Counted from the stretch's first letter, positions 19,643-33,664 are shown. The stretch: 64,000 nucleotides of DNA from Spirochaetia bacterium (GCA_034520965.1 JAXHMY010000003.1:480001-544000), one strand, 5' to 3'. The notes: a model not told the origin generated them from the letters alone. Made by a program: numbers and translations.

Positions 19643-20848
19643 TTAAAAATACAGCTTAACTGAGACATAGTAGAGATCAGGATAAGCAGCAAACTCTGTA
19701 GACTGCGACTCACCTGCGCCTAGATAACAGCCGCCGCTTATGTACACATCCTTGGTAAAGTTATAATCGATGTTTAGCGAAAAATTGGCAGAAATATCGG
19801 TAATATTCATCAAGACCATACCCGAGACAGGAATGAGGGGAGTAAGCTGGTACGTTCCTCCGATGGCCGCATAGTGGCGTCCCTGCAGATATATCGACCC
19901 CTCGGTATATGCCGTATAATTGGAAGGATCATTTTTTCCGGGTGAATTGAAGTGGTACTCCGCATATCCGTACAATTTCGGTCCAAAATTATAATCTATA
20001 CCGGCAGAGACGGTCGTGTACTGCTGCTCTGCATCAGCACCGTCACTGCCAAGGGCCTCCGGAAGCACATAAGCCGCCTCAATCCAGCTACCGGCGCCGC
20101 CGATCGAACGGGTAACATCCCCGCCTATAAGCAGGTTTTCTTGGAAGTCCATTACCAATAACGACATATCCGCACCCGCCGCATACAGCCGTGTTCGAGC
20201 AAACAACGCGCTCTCTGCATAACTAAACTCATCACCTGCGACATAGCCAAGGTCGATTTCGCTCATCCCACCGACAGGTATTCGCAGCCGAACCGCATCC
20301 ACCCCGCCTTTTTCTTCTGTATTCAGTTTGGAAAAACTATAAGGGGCAATTATATCTGTAGGATTGATTACATGCGCACTTCCCCAGGATATGGCCTGCC
20401 GGCCCAGATAAAGATCTCCAAAGGGAAGATACACCGAGCCGTACATCCGATCAAGATTGTGGTACACGGCAAGGTTTTGATCGGCACTACTCTGCTCCGG
20501 ATACAGCTTCTCATCAAAATCATATGCCCGGTATCCTGTCTCGCCGCCTACAGAAAGAAACGAATCGGCCCCATTAGCTGTATTCATCTCTTGGGCCAAT
20601 ACCTGGGGAGACAGGGAATAGGCGGTTTCAACAATTATTTTGTCGGTTGGATACAGCCGCGCCTGCAGACGGAGGGTATTGTCCGAGAGCCCGTACTCAT
20701 CTGTTCCTAGGAAAAACGTCTTGAAAGAACCATGTAGGTTTCCCTCCAGCCCATAGGCGTTGGGAATCCCCGCCTGCCCTAGTAGCACAACTGCAAAGAT
20801 GAGGGCTAATGATAAAGGTTTCTTTAGGTTTTTACTCCTTAACTTCAT
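19643..20848 (-). CDS. Putative outer-membrane beta-barrel protein associated with the ABC exporter
   Basis: Signal peptide, LDRMY, GRQAISWGSA..NPTD, GVDAVR, terminal YVSVKLYF; start approximate. Confidence 0.65.
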   Translation of the reverse strand: MKLRSKNLKKPLSLALIFAVVLLGQAGIPNAYGLEGNLHGSFKTFFLGTDEYGLSDNTLRLQARLYPTDKIIVETAYSLSPQVLAQEMNTANGADSFLSVGGETGYRAYDFDEKLYPEQSSADQNLAVYHNLDRMYGSVYLPFGDLYLGRQAISWGSAHVINPTDIIAPYSFSKLNTEEKGGVDAVRLRIPVGGMSEIDLGYVAGDEFSYAESALFARTRLYAAGADMSLLVMDFQENLLIGGDVTRSIGGAGSWIEAAYVLPEALGSDGADAEQQYTTVSAGIDYNFGPKLYGYAEYHFNSPGKNDPSNYTAYTEGSIYLQGRHYAAIGGTYQLTPLIPVSGMVLMNITDISANFSLNIDYNFTKDVYISGGCYLGAGESQSTEFAAYPDLYYVSVKLYF

Positions 20849-21530
20849 CGCGCACATTTTTTCCATCCTCCAAAATTACTACCCGACGGGCTTTATCAAC
20901 CACATGCTGATCATGGGTGGAAAATACAAAGGTCATTCCGGTGTCCTTATTCAGATCACGCATCATGTCGAGCAGGGCGGTACTGGTTCCTGAATCGAGG
21001 TTAGCAGTCGGCTCGTCGGCAAGAATCAGGGCCGGCTCACTGGCCATAGCCCGGGCTATCGCCACTCGCTGCTGCTGGCCGCCGGAGAGCCGGCTGGGAA
21101 ACCGCTCCTGGTAGCCCTGCATGCCCATCTTCGCGAGTATTTCTCCCACCCGGGCATGCCGCTCTTCCTTGGATTTGCCCTGCAGCATCATAATGTATTC
21201 GACATTCTCCTCTACATTCAGTACCGGAATAAGATTATACGCCTGGAAGATGAAACCGATATTGTCCCGCCTGAAATCTGAAAGCTCGTTTCCGCTCATC
21301 GAAGATATTTTTTTATTATTCAGCAGAACCGTCCCACCGTTTGGCGTATCTAAACCGGAGATTAGATTGAGGAAGGTTGTTTTTCCGGACCCGGAGGGGC
21401 CTACTATTGCGGTAAACTCTCCTTTCTGTATAGTTAAATCGATCCCGCGCACTGCATGCACTACTATGCTGTCGCTTCGGTAGTCCTTTTTCACATTCTC
21501 TGCAACGATTACATTTTCTACGGTATTCAT
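20832..21530 (-). CDS. LolD/MacB-like ABC ATP-binding protein
   Basis: GPSGSGKTT, IGFIFQAYNLIP, LSGGQQQRVAIARA, LADEPTANLDS; AGGAGGAG RBS before MNTVEN. Confidence 0.92.
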   Translation of the reverse strand: MNTVENVIVAENVKKDYRSDSIVVHAVRGIDLTIQKGEFTAIVGPSGSGKTTFLNLISGLDTPNGGTVLLNNKKISSMSGNELSDFRRDNIGFIFQAYNLIPVLNVEENVEYIMMLQGKSKEERHARVGEILAKMGMQGYQERFPSRLSGGQQQRVAIARAMASEPALILADEPTANLDSGTSTALLDMMRDLNKDTGMTFVFSTHDQHVVDKARRVVILEDGKNVRDEVKE

Positions 21531-21552
21531 ACTTCTCCTCCTAAGAACGCCG

Positions 21553-22794
21553 CTAGAGGGTCTTCTGCAGCGCATGGGTAATTGACATTCTACCTGCGTA
21601 TCTAGCCGGATACAGACTGACGAGCACAGTAAAAAGAAAAATCAGCAGAGGGTGCAGGATGAACTGCCGCAGTCTGAAAACGGTATTAATTTCTTCGGTA
21701 AAGGTCGCACCGGCGAATTCCACTCCGGTAAGGTTCATTCCGTGAATTGAACCGATATAAATAATTAGAGTACCCAATAACACACCGATCACCGACGAGT
21801 ACAGCGCCAGAGAGGCCGCTTCGAATACGATCAATTTCCGTAAACTGGCCGCCCTGGTTCCAACCGCCCGCAACACACCGAACTCGAAAATGCGTTCATA
21901 CAGAGACATAAACAGGGTGTTGATGATGCCGAAGATTATCACTGCAAAAACGATAATCATGGTGATACCGACGGAAAAATCGGTGAGGTCCAGCATCTTT
22001 TTCATCTGGGGAACCAGTTGCGGCCAAGTCTCGGCTTTGTTGCCGCCCTTCGAGTAGGCCGCCGCAAACTCATCACTGTGTTGGGATGCATATTGTACGT
22101 CTTTGAAACTCACTGCGATTTCATGCACCCGACTTCCGAGCCCTAACATCTCCTGAGCTTGTGAAATTGGAATAAAGGCAGCTGAGGTATCCATCTCGTC
22201 AATTTGCATTGTATAGATACCGGCTACCCGAAACATATTTTGTGCCAGGTCATCGGTTTTTACATTCGTAGCAGAGAGAACTATCCGATCGCCCACTTTC
22301 ACTTCAAGCCGTTCGGCCAACTTGCTGCCAATCAGCACACCGCCGAACTGCTCGCCGCCGTCCTCCTGCGGGTTGAAATAGGAGCCTTCCCGAATGGCCT
22401 CATCTATTTTGGAAATTGAACGCTCGCGGATGGTATCGATTCCATAGATTAGTATCGAATTGATGTCCGATGGCGAAGAGATGGTGCCGAAACCGGCAGT
22501 TCGTTCGGTGATACTTTCAACCGCCTCGTCTTGCTGCAGGCCGGATAACAGTTGTTTACGATTTTCAATAGTTTTTTTTGCGTCATAAGAATCCTGGAAA
22601 CCCTCGTAATGAATCTGAGCATCCCCAATAAACGAGGAGGTTACCGATTGTATCATGTTCTCTTTCATACCAACCACGATTGCATCGGTGAACATAATCG
22701 AGGCCAATCCTATTCCAATAATCAGACCAGTCAGAAAGGTACGTTTTCTATTGCGAAATATATTCCGCCAGGCCATTTTCAGGTAAAACTTCAT
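21553..22794 (-). CDS. LolC/E (FtsX-like) ABC permease
   Basis: MAWRNIFRNRKRT, INTLFMSLYERIFEFGVLRAVG, YPARYA. Confidence 0.88.
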   Translation of the reverse strand: MKFYLKMAWRNIFRNRKRTFLTGLIIGIGLASIMFTDAIVVGMKENMIQSVTSSFIGDAQIHYEGFQDSYDAKKTIENRKQLLSGLQQDEAVESITERTAGFGTISSPSDINSILIYGIDTIRERSISKIDEAIREGSYFNPQEDGGEQFGGVLIGSKLAERLEVKVGDRIVLSATNVKTDDLAQNMFRVAGIYTMQIDEMDTSAAFIPISQAQEMLGLGSRVHEIAVSFKDVQYASQHSDEFAAAYSKGGNKAETWPQLVPQMKKMLDLTDFSVGITMIIVFAVIIFGIINTLFMSLYERIFEFGVLRAVGTRAASLRKLIVFEAASLALYSSVIGVLLGTLIIYIGSIHGMNLTGVEFAGATFTEEINTVFRLRQFILHPLLIFLFTVLVSLYPARYAGRMSITHALQKTL

Positions 22795-22805
22795 TCCTTT
22801 CCCCC

Positions 22806-24017
22806 TTAGAATACCCGCATCGTTTTGGCCGGTTCAGTTCGCGCCGCTTTTATCGCCGGGAACAGACACACTGCCAAAGAGGTCACCACTACGGTGATCG
22901 CCGGCAGGAAGAAACTGCGGAAGTTTACCTCACCTTTCATATACTCGAGTTGTACCCCGCCCCAGTTTATAGGCGAACCCAAATGCAATCCATGTTCAGC
23001 CATATACAAATTCAGGAAGAAAGTGAGTATGGATCCAATAACGATCGAGAGCAGAGCCAGCATACCTGTCTCGGCAACCACCATCTTTACAATACTCCCA
23101 GGGCGGGTGCCAATTGCCTTAAGTACGCCGTACTCTTTCTGTCGTTCCATTACCGACATGAGAATGGTGTTGAGAATGGTAATAGCCACCACCAGGATTA
23201 CTACTACTAGAGAAATATACATACCATTTTTATCCGCCTGCATAGCGCGGTAGAACTCTTTGGCAAACTCCTGCCAGGGAGCCACACTCAACTCGGTATC
23301 GGAAAACTCGCTCTGCAGTGCCTGGGTTACGCTCTCCACCTGCCGCAGATCATGCAGGGTAACCGCAATTTCATGGGCCTGATTGTACAGCACCAGCAGC
23401 TCACGAGCATCCGCAATCTGCATGTAAAACCCGCTGCGGTTGAGCCGCGGATCGCCCATATCGAACAAGCCTACCACTTTATACAGATTCTCTGCTATCG
23501 AGCCGTCAGCTGCCTGAGAGAAGATGGCTATTTCATCGCCCACTCCGCCGTTCAATATTTTGGCCAGCTCTTTTCCGATCAGGACCTCACCGCTGTTCTC
23601 GTAGTAGCGCCCCTCGACGACTTTGTTCGAAAATGCGGTGGTCGCATCTTCGCGCTGCGGGTCAACCCCGATTATCTCAGCACCGGCAGTCTTCTCGGTG
23701 ATAGAGACAAGCCCGGCTGAATAGATTCGCGGCGCCCACGATTCCACGTTCTCGTACTCGTCTATACGCCTGCCGACCTCCTCGGGATTTCCGATGGTCT
23801 TATACAAACTCGGTTTGTCCAAATAGCCTTCCCGGTGCACCTGTATATGCCCCAGTCGGTTGCGGGTAAACTTGTCGATCATATGGTTGTAGGTCCCATC
23901 TGCCCATCCAATGAAAAAGCCCGCCAGTACGAAACCGACCAGCATACTCAAGCCGGTATATATGGTGCGACGCTTTTGCCTCATCAGATTCCGCAGTGCC
24001 AATTTAAGAGTCAGCAT
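22806..24017 (-). CDS. LolC/E (FtsX-like) ABC permease
   Basis: LALRNLMRQKRRT, LNTILMSVMERQKEYGVLKAIG, FPAIKAARTEP. Confidence 0.88.
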   Translation of the reverse strand: MLTLKLALRNLMRQKRRTIYTGLSMLVGFVLAGFFIGWADGTYNHMIDKFTRNRLGHIQVHREGYLDKPSLYKTIGNPEEVGRRIDEYENVESWAPRIYSAGLVSITEKTAGAEIIGVDPQREDATTAFSNKVVEGRYYENSGEVLIGKELAKILNGGVGDEIAIFSQAADGSIAENLYKVVGLFDMGDPRLNRSGFYMQIADARELLVLYNQAHEIAVTLHDLRQVESVTQALQSEFSDTELSVAPWQEFAKEFYRAMQADKNGMYISLVVVILVVAITILNTILMSVMERQKEYGVLKAIGTRPGSIVKMVVAETGMLALLSIVIGSILTFFLNLYMAEHGLHLGSPINWGGVQLEYMKGEVNFRSFFLPAITVVVTSLAVCLFPAIKAARTEPAKTMRVF

Positions 24018-24029
24018 ACCAGCGCCTCC

Positions 24030-24809
24030 TTACCTGCGAAAAGTCCTTAGATGCCGCAAAGTAAAAATGCGGCGTTCAATTTGGACATCAAACTCTGCTT
24101 CGATATAGCGCAGTACTGTTTTATGCCCATCTTTGGTTTGGGGGACAAGTTCCATAATCGAGGGCAGCTGTGTGCCGTCAAAGTTTTCCACTTCCTTGAA
24201 GTACATAATCCGCATCAGCTCATCATGCTCATCATAATACTCCTCCCATTTCGGAATCAGGGTCTGCACATCAACGGCAACCAGTACGTGGCCCCATACA
24301 ATCGGTTTTCCGGGCTTCGGTATGCACTTCAGATAGATCAGTCCCTTTTTTTCTTCATCCGGACGTATATATTCAAAGGTATAATCTTCTGTAAAAGTAA
24401 ATTCCTTCACCAGGTCATTATTCTTGAAATCCGAGCCCATCCACGAGCTCATCATCATCGAAGGTGGAATCTTCATCACCTTGTTGGTCTTGGGAAGATA
24501 GTTCCACATTTCATTATCTATACGCAGGGTTCCCATGCCCCGTTCTTTTTGGGGCTGCAAAATACGAATAAACGTCTTATCCATACCCTCGGACCATGCT
24601 TCAAGCTTAAGAGTGCGACTCCAGTGGGGAGTATGAATCTCCATTTCCATTAGGGTGTGGCTTGAATCATGACGATAGAGTCGATCAATTGCATTCACCA
24701 CTTGCTCGATATCCGGTCGCTGCTCAGCAGCGGATTGTGCCAAAAGCGGCGAAAACCCAACTAAAAAGACAATGAGAACTAATCCACAGTGTTTCAGCTG
24801 AAAATTCAT
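24030..24809 (-). CDS. LolA-like 'outer membrane lipoprotein-sorting protein' family
   Basis: Signal peptide; PQKERGMGTLR..MWNYLP, SWMGSDFKNNDL, FTLRHL. Confidence 0.8.
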   Translation of the reverse strand: MNFQLKHCGLVLIVFLVGFSPLLAQSAAEQRPDIEQVVNAIDRLYRHDSSHTLMEMEIHTPHWSRTLKLEAWSEGMDKTFIRILQPQKERGMGTLRIDNEMWNYLPKTNKVMKIPPSMMMSSWMGSDFKNNDLVKEFTFTEDYTFEYIRPDEEKKGLIYLKCIPKPGKPIVWGHVLVAVDVQTLIPKWEEYYDEHDELMRIMYFKEVENFDGTQLPSIMELVPQTKDGHKTVLRYIEAEFDVQIERRIFTLRHLRTFRR

Positions 24810-25444
24810 TATTGCCCCTCCTTCTCTTTCCTCACTTCCAGTCCATCAATAATGAGTTGGAGCTGGTTTTCTGTACTTTGAAAAAAATATTTTTTATCCA
24901 TACCTTCTATAAACAAAATTGACAAGAAATTAAATGCAACTATCGAGTATATGGTGGTAGCCACTGTTCTCGGGTGCGCACTCTGCTGAATGAGTCCGCG
25001 CTTCTGGAGTTTGTCGAGAATGGTTTGTAGTCCATCAATGGCCTCCATATCCATACTTGCACCACGGGCCATAAATTTCTTAGAAGAAAACACCGCCATA
25101 AACACTTCGCCCCAGTCATCCATTCCCATTGCGAGCATATCCTGAAAAATTGGCCATAAGATACCTTTTAATATGGTAAAAAGATCTTCCTCCTTGCAGA
25201 CAAGTCGAACAATACGGCGTGTGTGGGTATAACTGATTTCCTTCCACTTCTCTTCCATGATCTCCATATAGAGTTCGGATTTCGAGGCGTAGTAGTTATA
25301 GAGTGTCCCTACTGCGAGTTCAGCCCGCTTGGATATATCACGCATGTGGGTGCTGTTAAAACCCTTTTCGGATAGTAGCGCAATGGCTGCGTCATAAATC
25401 CTATCGCGGCGCCGCTGTTTTTTTGTTTCCCTAAATCCCGGCAT
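24809..25444 (-). CDS. TetR/AcrR-family regulator
   Basis: RETKKQRRRDRIYDAAIALLSEKGF...AVGTLYNYYASK HTH. Confidence 0.92.
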   Translation of the reverse strand: MPGFRETKKQRRRDRIYDAAIALLSEKGFNSTHMRDISKRAELAVGTLYNYYASKSELYMEIMEEKWKEISYTHTRRIVRLVCKEEDLFTILKGILWPIFQDMLAMGMDDWGEVFMAVFSSKKFMARGASMDMEAIDGLQTILDKLQKRGLIQQSAHPRTVATTIYSIVAFNFLSILFIEGMDKKYFFQSTENQLQLIIDGLEVRKEKEGQ

Positions 25445-25461
25445 TGTTGAACCTCTTCATT

Positions 25462-25477
25462 TATGAACGCGTTCATA
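25462..25477. promoter_or_regulatory. Perfect 16-bp palindrome, probable TetR operator
   Basis: TATGAACGCGTTCATA, about 18 bp upstream of the tetR start codon. Confidence 0.7.
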
Positions 25478-25624
25478 TTTAAATAGAATAACTCCACTTT
25501 TTAAATTTATCAAGTCAGAGGATCTCAAATTTTTTCGATTTTTGTAAGGTCGAGTCTTTTTACTGGTATTTCTAGCTATAACAGGAAAAAAAATACTTTT
25601 CAGGATGGGTAAATAGCGATAGTA

Positions 25625-25770
25625 TTAAGAAAATAGCCGGATACGGCTATTTTCATCGTTTCGGTTGCCGCACAGCGGCATACGAAACTTTAATTAAAGG
25701 GAAGGTGTCTCCAACTTGGATCCTAAACTCGGTAAGGGGTTGGATCGGTTGGAAGAAGCACCTTCCCTTC
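25625..25770 (-). ncRNA. Candidate small RNA with its own promoter and terminator
   Basis: TTGACT-17bp-TATAGT promoter at 25803-25775; long hairpin AAGGGAAGGTG...CACCTTCCCTT; ends in AAAATAGCCG-TATC-CGGCTATTTT terminator; no credible ORF. Confidence 0.5.
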
Positions 25771-26015
25771 TTTAACTATAGTAGCCGCAGGGTCGGGAGT
25801 CAAAATTTTTGCAAAAAAAATGTATATAAACTAAAGCCTACTGCGGGCCCTACTGCTCATTATCAAGCATCTTTACTACGGTTAAACCCCTCACGTATTG
25901 TACTGATATCCTCTGAAAAACTTTGCATTAACTCGGTAAACTTTTGTATGTAAGCTGCTACATCCTCAACGGCACGAGCCGCTTCTATCGAGGCATTTAT
26001 GGCCTTTTCGCTCAT

Positions 26016-26199
26016 TTCAAATGAAAAAAGCCTCCCTTCGGGCTCGCTGCGTTCCTCGCACTTGGTGCTGCGGTACGCAGCTGGGGTTCCCAGGCTATTT
26101 CTTTTCTCCTTCAAATGAAAAAAGCCTCCCTTCGGGCTCGCTGCGTTCCTCGACCACCTCGTGGTCTGCGGTACGCAGCTGGGGTCCCCAGGCTTTTTT
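26016..26199. repeat. Two tandem 80-90 bp structured repeats downstream of the 5S rRNA
   Basis: Copies at 26016-26096 and 26110-26199 share TTCAAATGAAAAAAGCCTCCCTTCGGGCTCGCTGCGTTCCTCG...CTGCGGTACGCAGCTGGGGTYCCCAGGCT. Confidence 0.9.
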
Positions 26200-26211
26200 A
26201 AAATAAAAAAG

Positions 26212-26321
<110 letters not shown>

Positions 26322-26417
26322 CTAAATAATTTTCTTCTCGCTCAGTGTTCCCGCCGCCGATCTGTCGACCGGCAGCCTTTCCCACTCAGCGAGAAGGGAA
26401 GGATTACTGAAAAATAT

Positions 26418-29400
<2,983 letters not shown>

Positions 29401-29536
29401 ATATTTTCCTGTAATCCTTCTCTATGTCACTCCGGTCTACACATCTTGTGCGCCGCACTTTTCATGCGGCCGTGACCGGCGATCTTTTGTAAAAGAACGT
29501 ATCTATTACTGATACTTTTTTAAGTATCATTTGCTA

Positions 29537-29610
29537 TGGAGGCAAGGGGACTCGAACCCCTGACCCTCGGCTTGCAAAGCCGATGCTCTAGCCAGCTGAG
29601 CTATGCCCCC
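29537..29610 (-). tRNA. tRNA-Ala(TGC), CCA not encoded
   Basis: GGGGGCATAGCTCAGCTGG...TCGGC-TT-TGC-AA-GCCGA...GGTTCGAGTCC...TGCCTCCA; G3:U70 identity pair. Confidence 0.97.
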
Positions 29611-29724
29611 AATGCTGCATGTACAGATTAAAATAGGGAAGGAGAGATATTTAAGAGCAGAGAGGCCTAACACGGCACATTTTGCGAGCGCAGCTGACGT
29701 AGCCGCCGTCTGACCTTTCTTAGC

Positions 29725-31270
<1,546 letters not shown>

Positions 31271-31407
31271 ATATCTTCAACGCCCGAAGGCGCTAAAGTC
31301 TTATTTAATTCTCTTTCAAACTCGCTCCTCTCCCCCTCGCCTTACAGCTCGGCTTCGAGTGGCGGTTTGCACCCTGCTCTCTTTTTCTCTCCCCTTCCCT
31401 ATTTCAT

Positions 31408-31418
31408 CTGTAAAAGAA
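31408..31418 (-). promoter_or_regulatory. boxA-like antitermination site in the rRNA leader (second copy in the spacer near 29488-29498)
   Basis: GTTCTTTTACA occurs in both leader and spacer; the leader segment at about 31387-31404 is complementary to about 29631-29646 (16S processing stem). Confidence 0.65.
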
Positions 31419-31462
31419 CTTCTCTTCGGCCGCTGTACCTCAGTACCGCCGACCGTGAAAGA

Positions 31463-31491
31463 TTTATAACAATTTAAGGCTATCTTGTCAA
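31463..31491 (-). promoter_or_regulatory. rRNA promoter, proximal
   Basis: TTGACA-17bp-TATAAA. Confidence 0.75.
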
Positions 31492-31576
31492 CAGCCTTTT
31501 GCTGTTTTGTTAACGATTTAAGAAGACTCTCAAACACACCCGAATGTTTCAGACATGTGCTCAATTGCTGAGAGGT

Positions 31577-31605
31577 AATGTACCGGTATTACCCAGAATT
31601 GTCAA
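31577..31605 (-). promoter_or_regulatory. rRNA promoter, distal
   Basis: TTGACA-17bp-TACATT; tandem arrangement typical of rrn operons. Confidence 0.65.
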
Positions 31606-31610
31606 CCGGT

Positions 31611-31940
31611 TCAAAGAGATTTTTTAGAGTCTTCGGTATGCAGAGCCGCCCGCTTCTCGGCAAGCATTTCCTTAGCAGTTTCAATCTCCTCCAGCAGTTC
31701 TTTCACACCGCTTGTGCGGGCAGTTACGGTGGACTGTTCGCCTCCCTTCAGGACCTCATACACGCGCTCTCCGAGCTTTTTCACATCGTCTTGTACTTTG
31801 GCCTCTAACTGCCGAACTTCAAGAGAGAGCACCCCATGTTCGCCCAACTCACGGGCACGGCTGCCGGCTTTTCCCAACAAAGATTTCGAAGAATCGAGAC
31901 CTTGAGAAAGCCCTTCTTCAAGCTTCTCTCTCCAGCTCAT
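31611..31940 (-). CDS. Hypothetical coiled-coil protein
   Basis: 109 aa, GGAGGG RBS, amphipathic helical sequence (LEVRQLE...LGERVY). Confidence 0.75.
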   Translation of the reverse strand: MSWREKLEEGLSQGLDSSKSLLGKAGSRARELGEHGVLSLEVRQLEAKVQDDVKKLGERVYEVLKGGEQSTVTARTSGVKELLEEIETAKEMLAEKRAALHTEDSKKSL

Positions 31941-32027
31941 AACACCCTCCAGATTAATTGATCTATTTTTAATGTATAAACGAACCCATAAAAAAGCAAT
32001 ATAATACTACCTATTCTAATAAAATAC

Positions 32028-32065
32028 AGCGGGGTTTGACAGTAATATAGCTGCCAAGCCCCGCT
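32028..32065. terminator. Hairpin after the NhaC-family gene
   Basis: AGCGGGG...CCCCGCT stem with A/T tracts on both sides. Confidence 0.6.
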
Positions 32066-32095
32066 CTTTTAGTCTAATCTGTATAAAAACCTACC

Positions 32096-33664
32096 CTAGG
32101 CGGCAGCTTCAACCGAATCTTCTACTCGATGCCCGAAAAACTTTACAAAAAGTATAATCGCTGCAGTTCCCAACAATAAGAGCAGCCACACAGGCACTCC
32201 AAAACCGGCTGGAATAAAACCAAAAACCGCTGCTATAACCGCTGCCGTTACAGCGTAGGGAATCTGGGTCCGCACATGCGAGATATGATCCGAGCCTGAA
32301 GCCATAGAAGAGAGTATGGTAGTGTCCGATATTGGAGAACAGTGGTCACCAAACACTGCACCAGTCAAAACCGCACCAATTGAGGCGATAATAGTCGGTG
32401 TCAGTACACCCTCTGCTCCCGACACACCTGCAGCTATCGGTATAACCAAGGGCATCAAAATCGAGTTTGTACCCCAGGAAGTTCCGGTAGAAAAGGCAAT
32501 CAGCATCGCCACCACAAACACAATCAGCGGCAGGATCTTACCAGATAAGATACCCTCTGTAATTTCTACCAGCCATTCAGCCAGCTGCATATCGGAAATA
32601 ACGCTCTTCAGTGCAAACGCAAGGGAGAGTATAATTACCGCAATCACCATCGATTTTATACCGCCGACCCATGCATCTATCGCAGTCTTCAGGGAGAATA
32701 CACGTCGTAAGAGGCCCATTGCGATTGCAACAATCGAACCTATAAAGGCCGACCAGGTAAGCACCACCGAGGCATCGGCATCGCCAAAGACCTGAATTAC
32801 CGTTTTACCCTCTTCATACCCGTTATAATAGAGCCCGAATACCGTTACTAAGATAAAAACCACTATCGGGACTACCGCATCCCACACAGAACCTTCTACC
32901 CCTTCATCGGGAAGAATATCGGCATCTTCGGTGATCATCGGAAAGGTACCCGGTTCGACCACCTGGCCCGTAGTCCGTGCACGGTACTCAGCCTTATACA
33001 TCAAACTGTAGTCTTTCTTAGTAACGATTAGGGTAATGACCAAAACCAGGGCAAAAATTGAGTAAAATCGGAAGGGCACAGTCTGAAAAAAAACCAGCAG
33101 CGCATTCCCTTCGATATTAAGGCTCTGCAAACCGGCAGCTATCAAGCCCAGTTCCATGGCTATCCAGGTAGATACCGGTGCCATCGAGCTGACCGGTGCC
33201 GCAGTAGAGTCGACCACATACGCAAGTTTCTCTCGGGAGATGTTCTCCTCATCGGTAATCGGACGCATTGTGTTTCCTACGATCATAGTGTTTGCATAAT
33301 CATCGAAAAACATAATAATTCCCAATACCGCAGTCGAAAGCAAAGTAGTTCTTGAGGACTTTGCCCGCCGGACAACCGCTGTAGCAATTGCTTTGGTTCC
33401 GCCGAGTTTTCCAATAACTCCAACCATACCGCCGATCACCAAACAGAACACGATAATTCCGATGTTCCAGCTATCAGCCAGAGAGTTTGAGACCAGGTAG
33501 GTGGAAAATGAGTTGAGTAATCCCTCTAGAGGATTCCAGCCGGCAATAATAGTGGCACCGGCAAAGATGCCCAGAAACAGAGAAACAATTACCTGCCGTG
33601 TCCAGATTGCAAGAACTATTGCCAGAACAGGCGGTACAAGGGCTAACCATCCATACGCTTCCAT
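32096..33664 (-). CDS. NhaC-family Na+/H+ antiporter-like transporter (possibly an amino-acid transporter)
   Basis: FFDDYAN, ISREKLAYVVDSTAAP, FSTGTSWGT, GAVFGDHCSPISDTTILSS, HVRTQIPYA. Confidence 0.9.
   Translation of the reverse strand: MEAYGWLALVPPVLAIVLAIWTRQVIVSLFLGIFAGATIIAGWNPLEGLLNSFSTYLVSNSLADSWNIGIIVFCLVIGGMVGVIGKLGGTKAIATAVVRRAKSSRTTLLSTAVLGIIMFFDDYANTMIVGNTMRPITDEENISREKLAYVVDSTAAPVSSMAPVSTWIAMELGLIAAGLQSLNIEGNALLVFFQTVPFRFYSIFALVLVITLIVTKKDYSLMYKAEYRARTTGQVVEPGTFPMITEDADILPDEGVEGSVWDAVVPIVVFILVTVFGLYYNGYEEGKTVIQVFGDADASVVLTWSAFIGSIVAIAMGLLRRVFSLKTAIDAWVGGIKSMVIAVIILSLAFALKSVISDMQLAEWLVEITEGILSGKILPLIVFVVAMLIAFSTGTSWGTNSILMPLVIPIAAGVSGAEGVLTPTIIASIGAVLTGAVFGDHCSPISDTTILSSMASGSDHISHVRTQIPYAVTAAVIAAVFGFIPAGFGVPVWLLLLLGTAAIILFVKFFGHRVEDSVEAAA

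Noticed and set aside
26016..26199. Possible mini CRISPR array
   Set aside because: Only two units of about 85 bp with a 13-bp gap, no unique spacers of CRISPR length and no cas genes
26334..26396. Hairpin in the 23S-5S spacer (TTCTCGCT...AGCGAGAA)
   Set aside because: Consistent with ordinary rRNA spacer structure; no tRNA cloverleaf
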